This document shows positions 16,853-25,721 of a DNA stretch of 64,000 nucleotides, in pieces. The stretch is from Desulfarculaceae bacterium (GTDB taxonomy: Bacteria > Desulfobacterota > Desulfocorpusculales > Desulfocorpusculum). Position numbers and translations under genes: made by a program. Numbering within the stretch: the stretch's first letter is position 1; every line of letters starts with the position of its first letter. Under the pieces are notes generated by a model, which saw only the letters and a list, made by a program, of their open reading frames with translations, did no database searches and was not told where the DNA came from. The stretch covers positions 4,122 to 68,121 of the forward strand of contig JBBIOJ010000008.1 of the NCBI GenBank assembly GCA_037443445.1. The letters run 5' to 3'.

Positions 16853-19477
16853 ATGGATATCCAAAAGTTCACAGTCAAATCCCAGGAAGCGCTCCAGGAG
16901 GCCCAAACAAAGGCTGTTCGCTACAATCACCTGGAGGTGGACGGAGAGCACCTGCTCCTGGCCCTCTTGGAGCAGAGCGAGGGGCTCGTCCCAAGGCTGC
17001 TCATGCGCATGGAGGTGCCCCTGGATCAGGTGAAAGCCAGGCTGGAGCAGGAGCTGGACAGAAGGCCCAGGGTGAGCGGTCCTGGTGCAGAGCCAGGCAA
17101 GGTGTACCTCACCCAGCGATTGAGCCGGCTCCTGGTCAGGGCCCAGGACGAGGCGCGTCGCCTCAAGGACGAGTATGTCTCGGTGGAACACATACTGTTG
17201 GCCATGGCCGAGGAGGGGGATTCCACGGCTGCTGGAAAGATCCTGAAGGATTTCGGACTCAGCCGCGATGCGCTTCTCAGGGTCCTTAGCGAGGTGCGGG
17301 GTCACCAGAGGGTCACCAGCGCAACTCCCGAAGAGACCTACGAGGCTTTGCAGAAGTACGGGCGAGACCTGGTGGCTGAGGCCGGAGCCAACCGGCTGGA
17401 CCCTGTCATCGGCAGAGACTCGGAGATAAGAAGGGTGATCAGGATCCTCAGCCGCAAGACCAAGAACAACCCCGTGCTCATAGGAGAGGCCGGTGTGGGC
17501 AAGACAGCGATAGTGGAGGGTCTGGCCCACAGAATAGTGCGGGGAGACGTGCCCGAGGGTCTCAAGAACAAGAGCATATTTGCCCTGGATATGGGGGCCC
17601 TGGTGGCGGGGGCCAAGTACAGGGGGGAGTTCGAAGAGAGGCTCAAGGCAGTGCTGCAGGAGATCAAGGAGTCCGAGGGAAGGATTCTGCTTTTCATTGA
17701 CGAGCTGCATACCATAGTGGGGGCTGGAAAGGCAGAAGGGGCCATGGATGCGGGGAATATGCTCAAGCCCATGCTGGCCAGGGGCGAGCTCCACTGCATA
17801 GGGGCCACCACCCTGGATGAGTATCGCAAGTACATAGAGAAGGATGCCGCCCTGGAGAGGCGTTTCCAACCGGTAATGGTGGACCCCCCCACTGTGGAGG
17901 ACACGGTCTCCATATTGCGTGGGCTCAAAGAGCGCTTCGAGGTGCACCACGGGGTCAAGATCCAGGACAATGCCCTGGTGGCAGCAGCAGTGCTCTCCAA
18001 CCGTTACATCACGGACCGTTTCCTGCCTGACAAGGCCATAGACCTGGTGGATGAGGCCTGCGCCATGATCCGCACGGAGATGGACTCCATGCCCACTGAC
18101 CTGGACGAGGTCACAAGGCGGGTAATGCAGTTGGAAATAGAGGAAGCTGCCCTCAAGAAGGAGCGTGACAGGGCCTCCCAGGAGAGGCTGGAGTCCCTGA
18201 GAAAGGAGCTGGCCGAGTTGCGCTCCAGGGCGGAAACCCTAAAGGTGCAGTGGGAGTCGGAGAAGGAAGCCATTAGAAAGCTTCAAAGCCTCAGGGAAGA
18301 GATGGAGCAGGCCCGCAGGGAGCTGGAGCAGGCCGAGCGCCAGTATGACTTGAGCCGAGCTGCTGAGCTTCGTCACGGAAGGCTCCCGGCCTTGGAGCAG
18401 AGGCTCCGGGCAGAGGAGGAACGTCTCTCGGCCCGTTTCGGGAGCCAGAGGCTGCTGCGCGAGGAGGTGACAGAGCAAGAGATAGCCGAGATAGTCTCCA
18501 GGTGGACCGGTATCCCTGTGAGCAGGCTCGTGGAAGGGGAGAGGGAGAAGCTGCTTAGGCTGGACGAGGTGCTGCATCGCAGGGTGGTGGGGCAGGATGA
18601 GGCGGTGAGGCTTGTGGCAGACGCGGTAATCAGGGCCAGATCAGGCATTAAGGATCCCAGAAGGCCCATAGGCTCCTTCATCTTCCTGGGTCCCACCGGG
18701 GTGGGAAAGACAGAGCTGGCCAAGACCCTGGCCCAGGCCCTGTTCGACTCAGAGGAGAACATGGTCCGAATAGACATGAGCGAGTACATGGAGAAGCACA
18801 CGGTGAGCCGACTCATGGGAGCCCCCCCGGGTTACGTGGGGTACGAGGAAGGGGGTCAGCTCACAGAGGCTGTGAGAAGAAAGCCTTACAGCGTGATCCT
18901 CTTCGACGAGATAGAAAAGGCTCATCAGGAAGTGTTCAACGTGCTGTTGCAGATTCTGGACGACGGCAGACTCACCGATGCCCAGGGCCGCACCGTGGAC
19001 TTCAAGAACACCGTGATCATAATGACCAGCAACATAGGCTCGGAGTACCTCCTGGAAGGGATCACCAGCGAGGGCCAGATAAGGGAAAGTGCTCGCCAGC
19101 AGGTGATGAGCGCCCTAAGAAGACACTTCCGGCCTGAGTTCCTAAACAGGGTGGACGACGTGGTGCTCTTCAAGCCCCTCACCATGGAAGAGGTGAAGGC
19201 CATAGTGGATCTCTTGACCCAGGACCTGATGCTGAGGCTGCAAGACAGAAGGATCAGCCTGAGGATCACAGACAAGGCCAAGAGCTTCATAGCCAAGAGC
19301 GCCTACGACCCGGTGTACGGGGCCCGCCCCCTCAAGCGTTTTCTCCAGCACGAGCTTGAAACACGCATAGGCAGAGCCCTGATAGCAGGGGAAATCCTGG
19401 AGGGCTCGCTCATAACCGTGGATATGGGAAACAGCGCTTTGGAGGTAAGATATGAGCAAACAGCTAACCCCACATGA
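16853..19477 (+). CDS. clpB: ATP-dependent chaperone ClpB
   Basis: Clp-N repeats, two AAA modules ([16 protein letters not shown]), coiled-coil middle domain, GARPLKR. Confidence 0.97.
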   Translation: MDIQKFTVKSQEALQEAQTKAVRYNHLEVDGEHLLLALLEQSEGLVPRLLMRMEVPLDQVKARLEQELDRRPRVSGPGAEPGKVYLTQRLSRLLVRAQDEARRLKDEYVSVEHILLAMAEEGDSTAAGKILKDFGLSRDALLRVLSEVRGHQRVTSATPEETYEALQKYGRDLVAEAGANRLDPVIGRDSEIRRVIRILSRKTKNNPVLIGEAGVGKTAIVEGLAHRIVRGDVPEGLKNKSIFALDMGALVAGAKYRGEFEERLKAVLQEIKESEGRILLFIDELHTIVGAGKAEGAMDAGNMLKPMLARGELHCIGATTLDEYRKYIEKDAALERRFQPVMVDPPTVEDTVSILRGLKERFEVHHGVKIQDNALVAAAVLSNRYITDRFLPDKAIDLVDEACAMIRTEMDSMPTDLDEVTRRVMQLEIEEAALKKERDRASQERLESLRKELAELRSRAETLKVQWESEKEAIRKLQSLREEMEQARRELEQAERQYDLSRAAELRHGRLPALEQRLRAEEERLSARFGSQRLLREEVTEQEIAEIVSRWTGIPVSRLVEGEREKLLRLDEVLHRRVVGQDEAVRLVADAVIRARSGIKDPRRPIGSFIFLGPTGVGKTELAKTLAQALFDSEENMVRIDMSEYMEKHTVSRLMGAPPGYVGYEEGGQLTEAVRRKPYSVILFDEIEKAHQEVFNVLLQILDDGRLTDAQGRTVDFKNTVIIMTSNIGSEYLLEGITSEGQIRESARQQVMSALRRHFRPEFLNRVDDVVLFKPLTMEEVKAIVDLLTQDLMLRLQDRRISLRITDKAKSFIAKSAYDPVYGARPLKRFLQHELETRIGRALIAGEILEGSLITVDMGNSALEVRYEQTANPT

Positions 19478-19618
19478 ATTTGAGCAGGCAGCTTGGGGCA
19501 CTCCAGTACCTGGGGCCCCCAACCGGGCAGGAAGTGGTGAGTAGCAAGGGCCGGCCCCGCAGGAGTGAAAGGGCAGCCCCAGGAGCAAGAACTCAGTGCA
19601 GCCGAGAGGAGGGAAGCC

Positions 19619-20188
19619 ATGGGGGAGAAGAGTTCCGAGACCGTGTATTTCGAAAAACCCGGGCCGGCCAACACGGAAAGAACCCTTGAGGTGGCAGCCA
19701 AGAGGGTTCAGGAACTGGGGCTTGGGAGCGCCCTGGTGGCTTCCACCAGCGGCCACACAGGCCTCAGGGCTGTCCAGAGGTTCCGGGGTCTGAGTGTGGT
19801 GGTGGTCACCCACTCCACAGGGTTCAGAGAGCCCAACACCCAGGAGCTCACCCCTGAGAACAGGGCCGCCATAGAGGAGGCAGGGGGAAGGATACTGACG
19901 TGCATGCACGCCTTTGGCGGACCCAACAGGGCCGTCAGGATAAAGCTGGGCACCTATGCCCTGGATGAGATAGTGGCCTATGTGCTGCGCACCCTGGGCC
20001 AGGGCTTCAAGGTCTGCGTGGAGATAGCCCTCATGGCCGCCGATGCGGGGCTGGCCAGGGTGGGTGAGCCATGCCTGGCCATAGGCGGCACAGGGAGGGG
20101 CGCGGACACTGCCGTGGTCCTCTCGCCCGCCAATGCCCAGAATTTCCTGGATATCAAGATCCATGAGATACTCTGCAAGCCTTATTGA
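19619..20188 (+). CDS. Pyruvate-kinase C-terminal-like (MTH1675-type) protein
   Basis: YFEKPGPANT, VASTSGHT, GQGFKVCVEIALMAADAG, GGTGRGADTA. Confidence 0.85.
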   Translation: MGEKSSETVYFEKPGPANTERTLEVAAKRVQELGLGSALVASTSGHTGLRAVQRFRGLSVVVVTHSTGFREPNTQELTPENRAAIEEAGGRILTCMHAFGGPNRAVRIKLGTYALDEIVAYVLRTLGQGFKVCVEIALMAADAGLARVGEPCLAIGGTGRGADTAVVLSPANAQNFLDIKIHEILCKPY

Positions 20189-20212
20189 CAAAACAGCCCA
20201 GGGGTGGGGGGC

Positions 20213-20236
20213 TTGACAGGCGAGGTGTCAGACACC
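20213..20236 (+). promoter_or_regulatory. TTGACA element with overlapping inverted repeats upstream of hsp20
   Basis: TGACA-N7-TGTCA and GGTGTC-A-GACACC. The -10 element is weak. Confidence 0.4.
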
Positions 20237-20296
20237 AATTTATAGAGCGGAAGCTGAATGATAACAATTAGTACAACAAAGAAAGGAGGGATCACC

Positions 20297-20743
20297 ATGT
20301 TCGACCTGATTCCTTGGAGGGAAAGAGGTGAGCTCTCTAGCCTGCGCCGCGAGATAGACACTCTCTTTGACCGATTCTTCGAGGGGTGGCCTTTCAGGAC
20401 TTCGGGGCTTCGGCAGTGGGTGCCCTCGGTGGACGTCTCTGAGACGGCCCAGGAGGTGATCGTGCAAGCAGAGCTGCCCGGGGTGGACCCCAAGGAGATA
20501 GACATATCGGTCCAGGGCAATGTGCTGACGCTGAAGGGGGAGCGCAAACAGGAAAAAGAGGAGCAAGGGGCCAACTACCACAGGATAGAGCGCTCCTTCG
20601 GGGCTTTCTCCAGAAGCTTGCAGCTCCCGGCAGAGGTGGATGTGGACAAGGTAGGTGCGGTTTACAAAAACGGTGTGCTCAGAATCACCCTGCCCAAGAC
20701 CGAGGCTGCAGCCGTCAAGAAGATCGAGGTGAAAACCGCCTGA
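20297..20743 (+). CDS. Hsp20/alpha-crystallin small heat-shock protein
   Basis: AAGGAGG RBS. PSVDV.E, AELPGV, ERSFGAFSRSLQLP, YKNGVLRITLPK. Confidence 0.95.
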   Translation: MFDLIPWRERGELSSLRREIDTLFDRFFEGWPFRTSGLRQWVPSVDVSETAQEVIVQAELPGVDPKEIDISVQGNVLTLKGERKQEKEEQGANYHRIERSFGAFSRSLQLPAEVDVDKVGAVYKNGVLRITLPKTEAAAVKKIEVKTA

Positions 20744-20770
20744 TCCGCGGGCGCAGGGGCCAACAGAGAG

Positions 20771-20799
20771 AAAAAAGCGGGCGCAAGCCCGCTTTTTTT
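20771..20799. terminator. Bidirectional intrinsic terminator
   Basis: A6-GCGGGC-GCAA-GCCCGC-T7. Confidence 0.9.
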
Positions 20800-20833
20800 G
20801 TGTGTATGCGTGCTCGTTTGAACACCCAATTTC

Positions 20834-21145
20834 GGGCGGGGATGAAGCCCGGCCCGACAAAACCCGTGGACATCCAAACCTGGGCGGGGGTGAACCCTGC
20901 CCCTACGACCCCTAACATATTGGAATCAAGAGGTTTAATGTAGGGGAGGCGTTTACCCCCTCCCGATGGGTTTGGGGTTTTGGTTTTGCCCGGGCATTAC
21001 GGGCGGGGGTGAACCCCGTCCCTACGACCCCTAACATATTGAAATCAGGAGGTTTAATGTAGGGGAGGGGTTTACCCCCTCCCGATGGTTTTGGGGGTTT
21101 TGGTTTTGCCCGGGCATTACGGGCGGGGGTGAAACCCGCCTTTGC
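20834..21145. repeat. GTAG-type REP / BIME-like tandem array (119-120 nt unit x2 plus flanking REPs)
   Basis: Near-identical units at 20882-21000 and 21001-21120. Each carries an inverted REP pair and constant linkers. Confidence 0.85.
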
Positions 21146-21213
21146 AAGGCCAGCCCCCTGTGGTCAACGGCATTTTCTCAGGGGAGAATCTCGCCCCAAA
21201 CCCTTATTGATTA

Positions 21214-21576
21214 TCATGGGTTCAGCCAGCGAAGCACCCGGAAGTGGTAAGCCGTGGGGTTCAGGCCCTCCATCTCCTTGAACACATCTATGAAATCTTT
21301 TGCCTTTATCAGGTAGCAGGTGGAGCCCCTGAACACAGCCACCACCACCCCCTCGGGACTTTCGGGATCCAGGGACTTGTACTTCAGATAGCGTGCAAAA
21401 AACGGGTACACCCGGTCCCTCAAGTATTCCCAGGGCCGGTCCTCCATCAAGGACAACTCATAGTGGAGAACCCTTTCCTGGGCAGAGTCCGCCAGGTCCT
21501 GCCGATACCTGTTGTAGTGCTCTCCGGGCATGCTCAAGTAGGCCTTGCCCAGGAGCAGATCCAGATAAGCACCCAT
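21214..21576 (-). CDS. Hypothetical protein
   Basis: Follows the AhpD-like gene on the same strand, with typical codon usage. Start may be 21576 or 21531. Confidence 0.75.
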   Translation of the reverse strand: MGAYLDLLLGKAYLSMPGEHYNRYRQDLADSAQERVLHYELSLMEDRPWEYLRDRVYPFFARYLKYKSLDPESPEGVVVAVFRGSTCYLIKAKDFIDVFKEMEGLNPTAYHFRVLRWLNP

Positions 21577-21601
21577 TTTGGCAGCCCCCGCAGGCCTTGC
21601 C

Positions 21602-22132
21602 TCACTCCAAAGGAGGTGCATCCAGATAGTCCAGCTCCACATCCCCCACTATGGCCACGTAGTTGGAAAGGGTGGCCAACGCAATGGTGCCCAGGGCCTC
21701 CACCAGCTCCTCGTCAGTGAAGCCCTGTGCCTTGACCTCCTGGAAGGCCTCTTCGGAGATGTGCCCCCTTTTTTCCACCACCTCCCGCGCGAAGTTGAGC
21801 AGCGCGTTGATCCTGGGATCTGGGCTGACTCCCTTTCTGGCCTGGAGGCTCTCCTCTTTGGTCATCACCCCGTGCTCCACTGCTGTGGCGGTGTGGGAGG
21901 CCAGACAGTAATGGCACCCGTTGATCTGGGACGTGAGCAGGTAAACCATCTCCCTGAGCTTCTTGTCCAGCCGGGCCGCCTCCATGCAGCGGGTGAGCTT
22001 CAGAAATCCGTCAAACACGGTGGAGGAGTTGGCCATCATGCAGTAGAGGTTGGGGACCATCCCTACCTGGTCGAAGAGCTTGCGCGTGAAAGCATCTGCC
22101 TCTTCCGGCTCCACATAGTTGAATCTGGGCAT
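21602..22132 (-). CDS. AhpD/carboxymuconolactone decarboxylase-family protein
   Basis: GMVPNLY, REMVYL..SQINGCHYCLASH (CxxC-H). Confidence 0.9.
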   Translation of the reverse strand: MPRFNYVEPEEADAFTRKLFDQVGMVPNLYCMMANSSTVFDGFLKLTRCMEAARLDKKLREMVYLLTSQINGCHYCLASHTATAVEHGVMTKEESLQARKGVSPDPRINALLNFAREVVEKRGHISEEAFQEVKAQGFTDEELVEALGTIALATLSNYVAIVGDVELDYLDAPPLE

Positions 22133-22356
22133 TGCGAACCTCCCCCTTCACAATGGGGCCCCGGGGCTCCCGAGGCTGCTTGGAGTGAGTACCAAAGTAG
22201 CAAGCCCGTGTCAAGGGGGCCTGGGTTCTCGAAAACAGCCCAGGGTTCCCAGGGGAAAGGGGGGGGCGATCCAGGGGGAAGGCCCTGCCTTGCCAGATTG
22301 TGCTGAAGGGCCGGAAAGGATACCATTGGGATTCAGAGTCCTGCTCAGGGGAAAGC

Positions 22357-24090
22357 ATGCGTGCCAGGATAGCCTCCATAGAGAACCTCATAGCACAAGA
22401 CCCTGGCCATAGAAACATCTTGCCTCTCATCCAGCGGGACCACCTGCGCCTGGCTGCCATGAGCCTTCTGGGGGCCAGGCAGGTGCTCTTGACCAGCGGC
22501 TTCCCCATCCTCAAGGCACTCGCAGGAGAGACGGACGGCCCTCCAGGGGTCCTGGCCATTGGTCAGGCCCTCACCAGGCTGGGCATCCAGGTGGCGTACA
22601 TGACCGACAAGCGCCATGAACACCTGTTCCAGGCCATTGGCGCAATGCCCCTGATTCCTTTCGGGCCTGGGTTACTCCAAAAGCATGGGTTCTCTCACCT
22701 GGTGGCAGTGGAGCGGCCCGGAAGGGCCAGAGACGGCCGCTACTACAACATGAGGGGGGAGGAGATCACTGCACTGGTGGAGCCCCTGGACCGGCTTTTC
22801 ATGGAGGCCGAGCTGAGCGGCGCTCTCACCATTGGTATCGGGGACGGAGGCAACGAGGTGGGCATGGGCAGGGTCTTCAGGGGGGTGGCCAGGGCCATAG
22901 AAAATGGATCCAAGATCGCCTCCGTAGTGCTCACGGACTACGTGGTAGTCTCAGGAGTCTCCAACTGGGGTGCGTATGGCCTGGTGGGAGCCCTCTCAGT
23001 GCTGAGCGGCCAAGACCTCTTGCCCTCCGGGGATGAGATCAGAGAGACCCTGGGAAGGCTGGTCATGGCCGGGGCCGTGGACGGCCTGAGCGGCAAACCA
23101 GAACTCAAGGTGGATGGCCTTGAGCTGGAGCACACCTTGGAGCTGGTGGAGGAGATCCGGTGCCAGCTTCGCCCAGCGCCTTTGAGCCGGGTGAAAGGGC
23201 TTGAGGTGGGGGTGGTGGGGGCAGGCCGAAGCGGGCTGGCTGTAAGCCGATTGCTGGCTTCCCAGGGGGCCCGTGTGCGAATAACCGAGCAGCGCCACGT
23301 GGAGGTGCCCAGAGATCTGGAGAAGTGCAGTTGGGAGCTGGGTGGCCACAGTTTGGATTTCATGGAAGGGGTGGAGCTAGTTGTGCGGAGCCCAGGGGTG
23401 GACCCTCGCATTCCCCTCATCAGGGGGCTCAGGCAAAGGGGGGTCCCGGTTGTGAGTGAGCTAGAGGCTGCATTCCAGCTTGGTGAGCCAAAGCTGGTGG
23501 CCGTCACAGGAAGCAAGGGCAAGAAGAGCACCGTGGAGCTCCTGTCAGCCGTCATGGCCAGTTGCGCAAGACCAATTCCCATTGGTGGGAACAAAGGAAA
23601 GCCTCTTTCCGAGCTCCTGCTAGAAGACCCCCAGAACTGGATGGCCCTGGCAGTCTCCAGCTTTCAGATGGAAAGCATAGTGCGATTCAGACCGCGGGTG
23701 GCCGCCATACTGAATATCCTCCCTCTCCACCTGGACCGGCACCAGGACCCCGCAGAAACGGTCCGCATCAAGAGCCGCATCTTCATGAACCAGGGAGCAG
23801 AAGACCTGCTCATCTTGAACCATGACGACCCAAGGCTGAGACCCCTGGCAGAGAAACACTGGGGGGAGACGATGTGGGTCTCTTCCAGGGAGCCTGTGGA
23901 CAGGGGGGCCTGGATCCAGGGAAACGAGGTTTTCTTGGCTCCGCAGGGGGATGTGGTGGAACAGATAGGCTTTGAGGGCGCCATCCCCCCAGAGAACCTC
24001 CTAACCGCCATCTTGGCAGCATGGGCCCTGGGCATAAAGCCGGCTCAACTGCAAGGTGCCCTGGCTCACCTGGGACATCCAGGTTCATGA
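22357..24090 (+). CDS. Fusion of a DUF4392 (D-glutamate cyclase-like) domain and truncated, degenerate MurD N-terminal + middle domains
   Basis: ETDGPPG, VERPGRA.DG.YYNMRG, IGDGGNEVGMG, VSNWG, then GAGRSG, SPGV, SELE, VTGSKGK, VSSFQ, HLDRH, NHDD. Confidence 0.85.
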   Translation: MRARIASIENLIAQDPGHRNILPLIQRDHLRLAAMSLLGARQVLLTSGFPILKALAGETDGPPGVLAIGQALTRLGIQVAYMTDKRHEHLFQAIGAMPLIPFGPGLLQKHGFSHLVAVERPGRARDGRYYNMRGEEITALVEPLDRLFMEAELSGALTIGIGDGGNEVGMGRVFRGVARAIENGSKIASVVLTDYVVVSGVSNWGAYGLVGALSVLSGQDLLPSGDEIRETLGRLVMAGAVDGLSGKPELKVDGLELEHTLELVEEIRCQLRPAPLSRVKGLEVGVVGAGRSGLAVSRLLASQGARVRITEQRHVEVPRDLEKCSWELGGHSLDFMEGVELVVRSPGVDPRIPLIRGLRQRGVPVVSELEAAFQLGEPKLVAVTGSKGKKSTVELLSAVMASCARPIPIGGNKGKPLSELLLEDPQNWMALAVSSFQMESIVRFRPRVAAILNILPLHLDRHQDPAETVRIKSRIFMNQGAEDLLILNHDDPRLRPLAEKHWGETMWVSSREPVDRGAWIQGNEVFLAPQGDVVEQIGFEGAIPPENLLTAILAAWALGIKPAQLQGALAHLGHPGS

Positions 24091-24252
24091 GAATCCAAAC
24101 CCTCGAACCAGGTGCCTGCCTCGAGCGAAGAAAGCCGGGGATTGAACTGGCTTGGGGAAGCTTGCTATGCTGCAGCCCTCTGCACGGGGAGGCCCCAGGG
24201 ATCAGCAAGGAGGTTGAGCGAGTTGGGTGAGAAAACATGGGAAACAGAGCAG

Positions 24253-25623
24253 ATGCGAGAAGATGCCAGGGCGATTTTCCAGGCTGCCCTGGCTGCAGTG
24301 GACCCCGAGGAGGCAGTTCTCAGGCACCTTAAGCTGGATGGGGAGCTCCTCCAGGTGGGGGAGTTGGGCCTGGAGTTAAACAGGTTTGAGAAGATCTGGA
24401 TCTTGGGTGCCGGAAAAGCCAATGCGCCCATGGCCCGCGCCTTGGAAAGGCTGCTGGGAGACAGGATCTCAGGGGGATTGATAGTGGTAAAGGAGGGCCA
24501 CGGCCTGAACTTGGGGCGGGTACAGGTTTGGGAGGCCTCGCATCCCCTGCCTGACCAGAGGGGCGTGGAGGGGACCAGCAGGGTGCTCCAACTGGCAAGC
24601 AAAGCCGGCCCAAGGGACTTGGTCTTGGCTCTTTTTTCAGGGGGTGGATCAGCCTTGCTGGTGGCCCCAGCCCAGGGGCTCTGTCTTGAGGACAAGCAGC
24701 AGACCACAAGAGTGCTCCTGGCATGTGGGGCCACCATCCACGAGATCAATACTGTGAGGAAACACCTCTCCCTGGTCAAGGGCGGCCAGCTGGCCAGGGC
24801 CTGTTATCCGGCCACGGTACTCAGCCTGATCCTGTCGGACGTGATAGGGGACGACCTGGATGCCATAGCCTCGGGGCCCACAGTCCCTGACACCAGCACT
24901 TACGCCCAAGCCAGGGAGGTGCTCCTGAAGTACGGGGTCTGGGGAAGTGTCCCGGAAGCTGTAAGGGAAAGGCTGGAGGCGGGCTGCCAGGGAAGACTTG
25001 AGGAGACCCCCAAGGCGGAAGACCCCTGCTTTCAGAACACCCACTGGAAAATACTGGGGAGCAACCTAGAGGCACTAAAGGCTGCCAAGGTCCACGCCGA
25101 GAAGATAGGTTACAGGGCTTTGGTGCTCAGCTCGGGCATGGAGGGGGAGGCCAGAGAGGTGGCAAGGGCCCTGGCAGCAATGGCCAAGGAGGTGCTCAGA
25201 TCCGGGAATCCCATACCGGCTCCGGCATGCCTACTTTGCGGTGGTGAGACCACCGTGACCCTCAGGGGCGGTGGGAAAGGAGGCCGAAACCAGGAGTTTG
25301 TGCTGGCAGCGGCCATGGCCCTGGAGGGCTGGGAGAATGTGGTGGTTCTGAGCGCAGGCACCGATGGGACAGATGGTCCCACTGACGCGGCAGGGGCTTT
25401 GGCAGACGGTAGCACGGTACAGAGGGCTCGCAAAACCGGTCTTTCGCCTGAGGCCCATCTCATGGAGAACGATTCCTACAACTTCTTCAGGTCCTTGGGT
25501 GAGCTCTTGGTTACGGGGCCTACCAGGACCAATGTGATGGATGTAAACATCTTCTTGATGCGTGAGTCCAAGGTAAGAACTTGCTTCGGCTTCAAACAAG
25601 AAGGGGGAAAAAAGTTGGAATGA
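24253..25623 (+). CDS. Class II glycerate kinase (MOFRL/TtuD family)
   Basis: GAGKA, SHPLPD, SGGGSAL, KGGQLA, GGETTV, GGRNQE, TDGTDGPT, TNVMD. Start uncertain. Confidence 0.93.
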   Translation: MREDARAIFQAALAAVDPEEAVLRHLKLDGELLQVGELGLELNRFEKIWILGAGKANAPMARALERLLGDRISGGLIVVKEGHGLNLGRVQVWEASHPLPDQRGVEGTSRVLQLASKAGPRDLVLALFSGGGSALLVAPAQGLCLEDKQQTTRVLLACGATIHEINTVRKHLSLVKGGQLARACYPATVLSLILSDVIGDDLDAIASGPTVPDTSTYAQAREVLLKYGVWGSVPEAVRERLEAGCQGRLEETPKAEDPCFQNTHWKILGSNLEALKAAKVHAEKIGYRALVLSSGMEGEAREVARALAAMAKEVLRSGNPIPAPACLLCGGETTVTLRGGGKGGRNQEFVLAAAMALEGWENVVVLSAGTDGTDGPTDAAGALADGSTVQRARKTGLSPEAHLMENDSYNFFRSLGELLVTGPTRTNVMDVNIFLMRESKVRTCFGFKQEGGKKLE

Positions 25624-25721
25624 GAGAAGAACGGCAGGCCAGACCCTGTGAACAGAGATTGTGGAGGGAGGGGCTGCCTCAAATTGGAATGGGGAACTCA
25701 AAAAAACAGGGAGGAAGATCC

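Noticed and set aside
20834-21145. CRISPR array
   Set aside because: The sequences between repeats are themselves near-identical, the repeats alternate in orientation, and no cas genes are present. This fits REP/BIME.
24060-24250. Frameshifted continuation of the MurD C-terminal domain
   Set aside because: No HRxE or DSKxTN-like motif appears in any frame after the stop, and the next gene begins shortly after.
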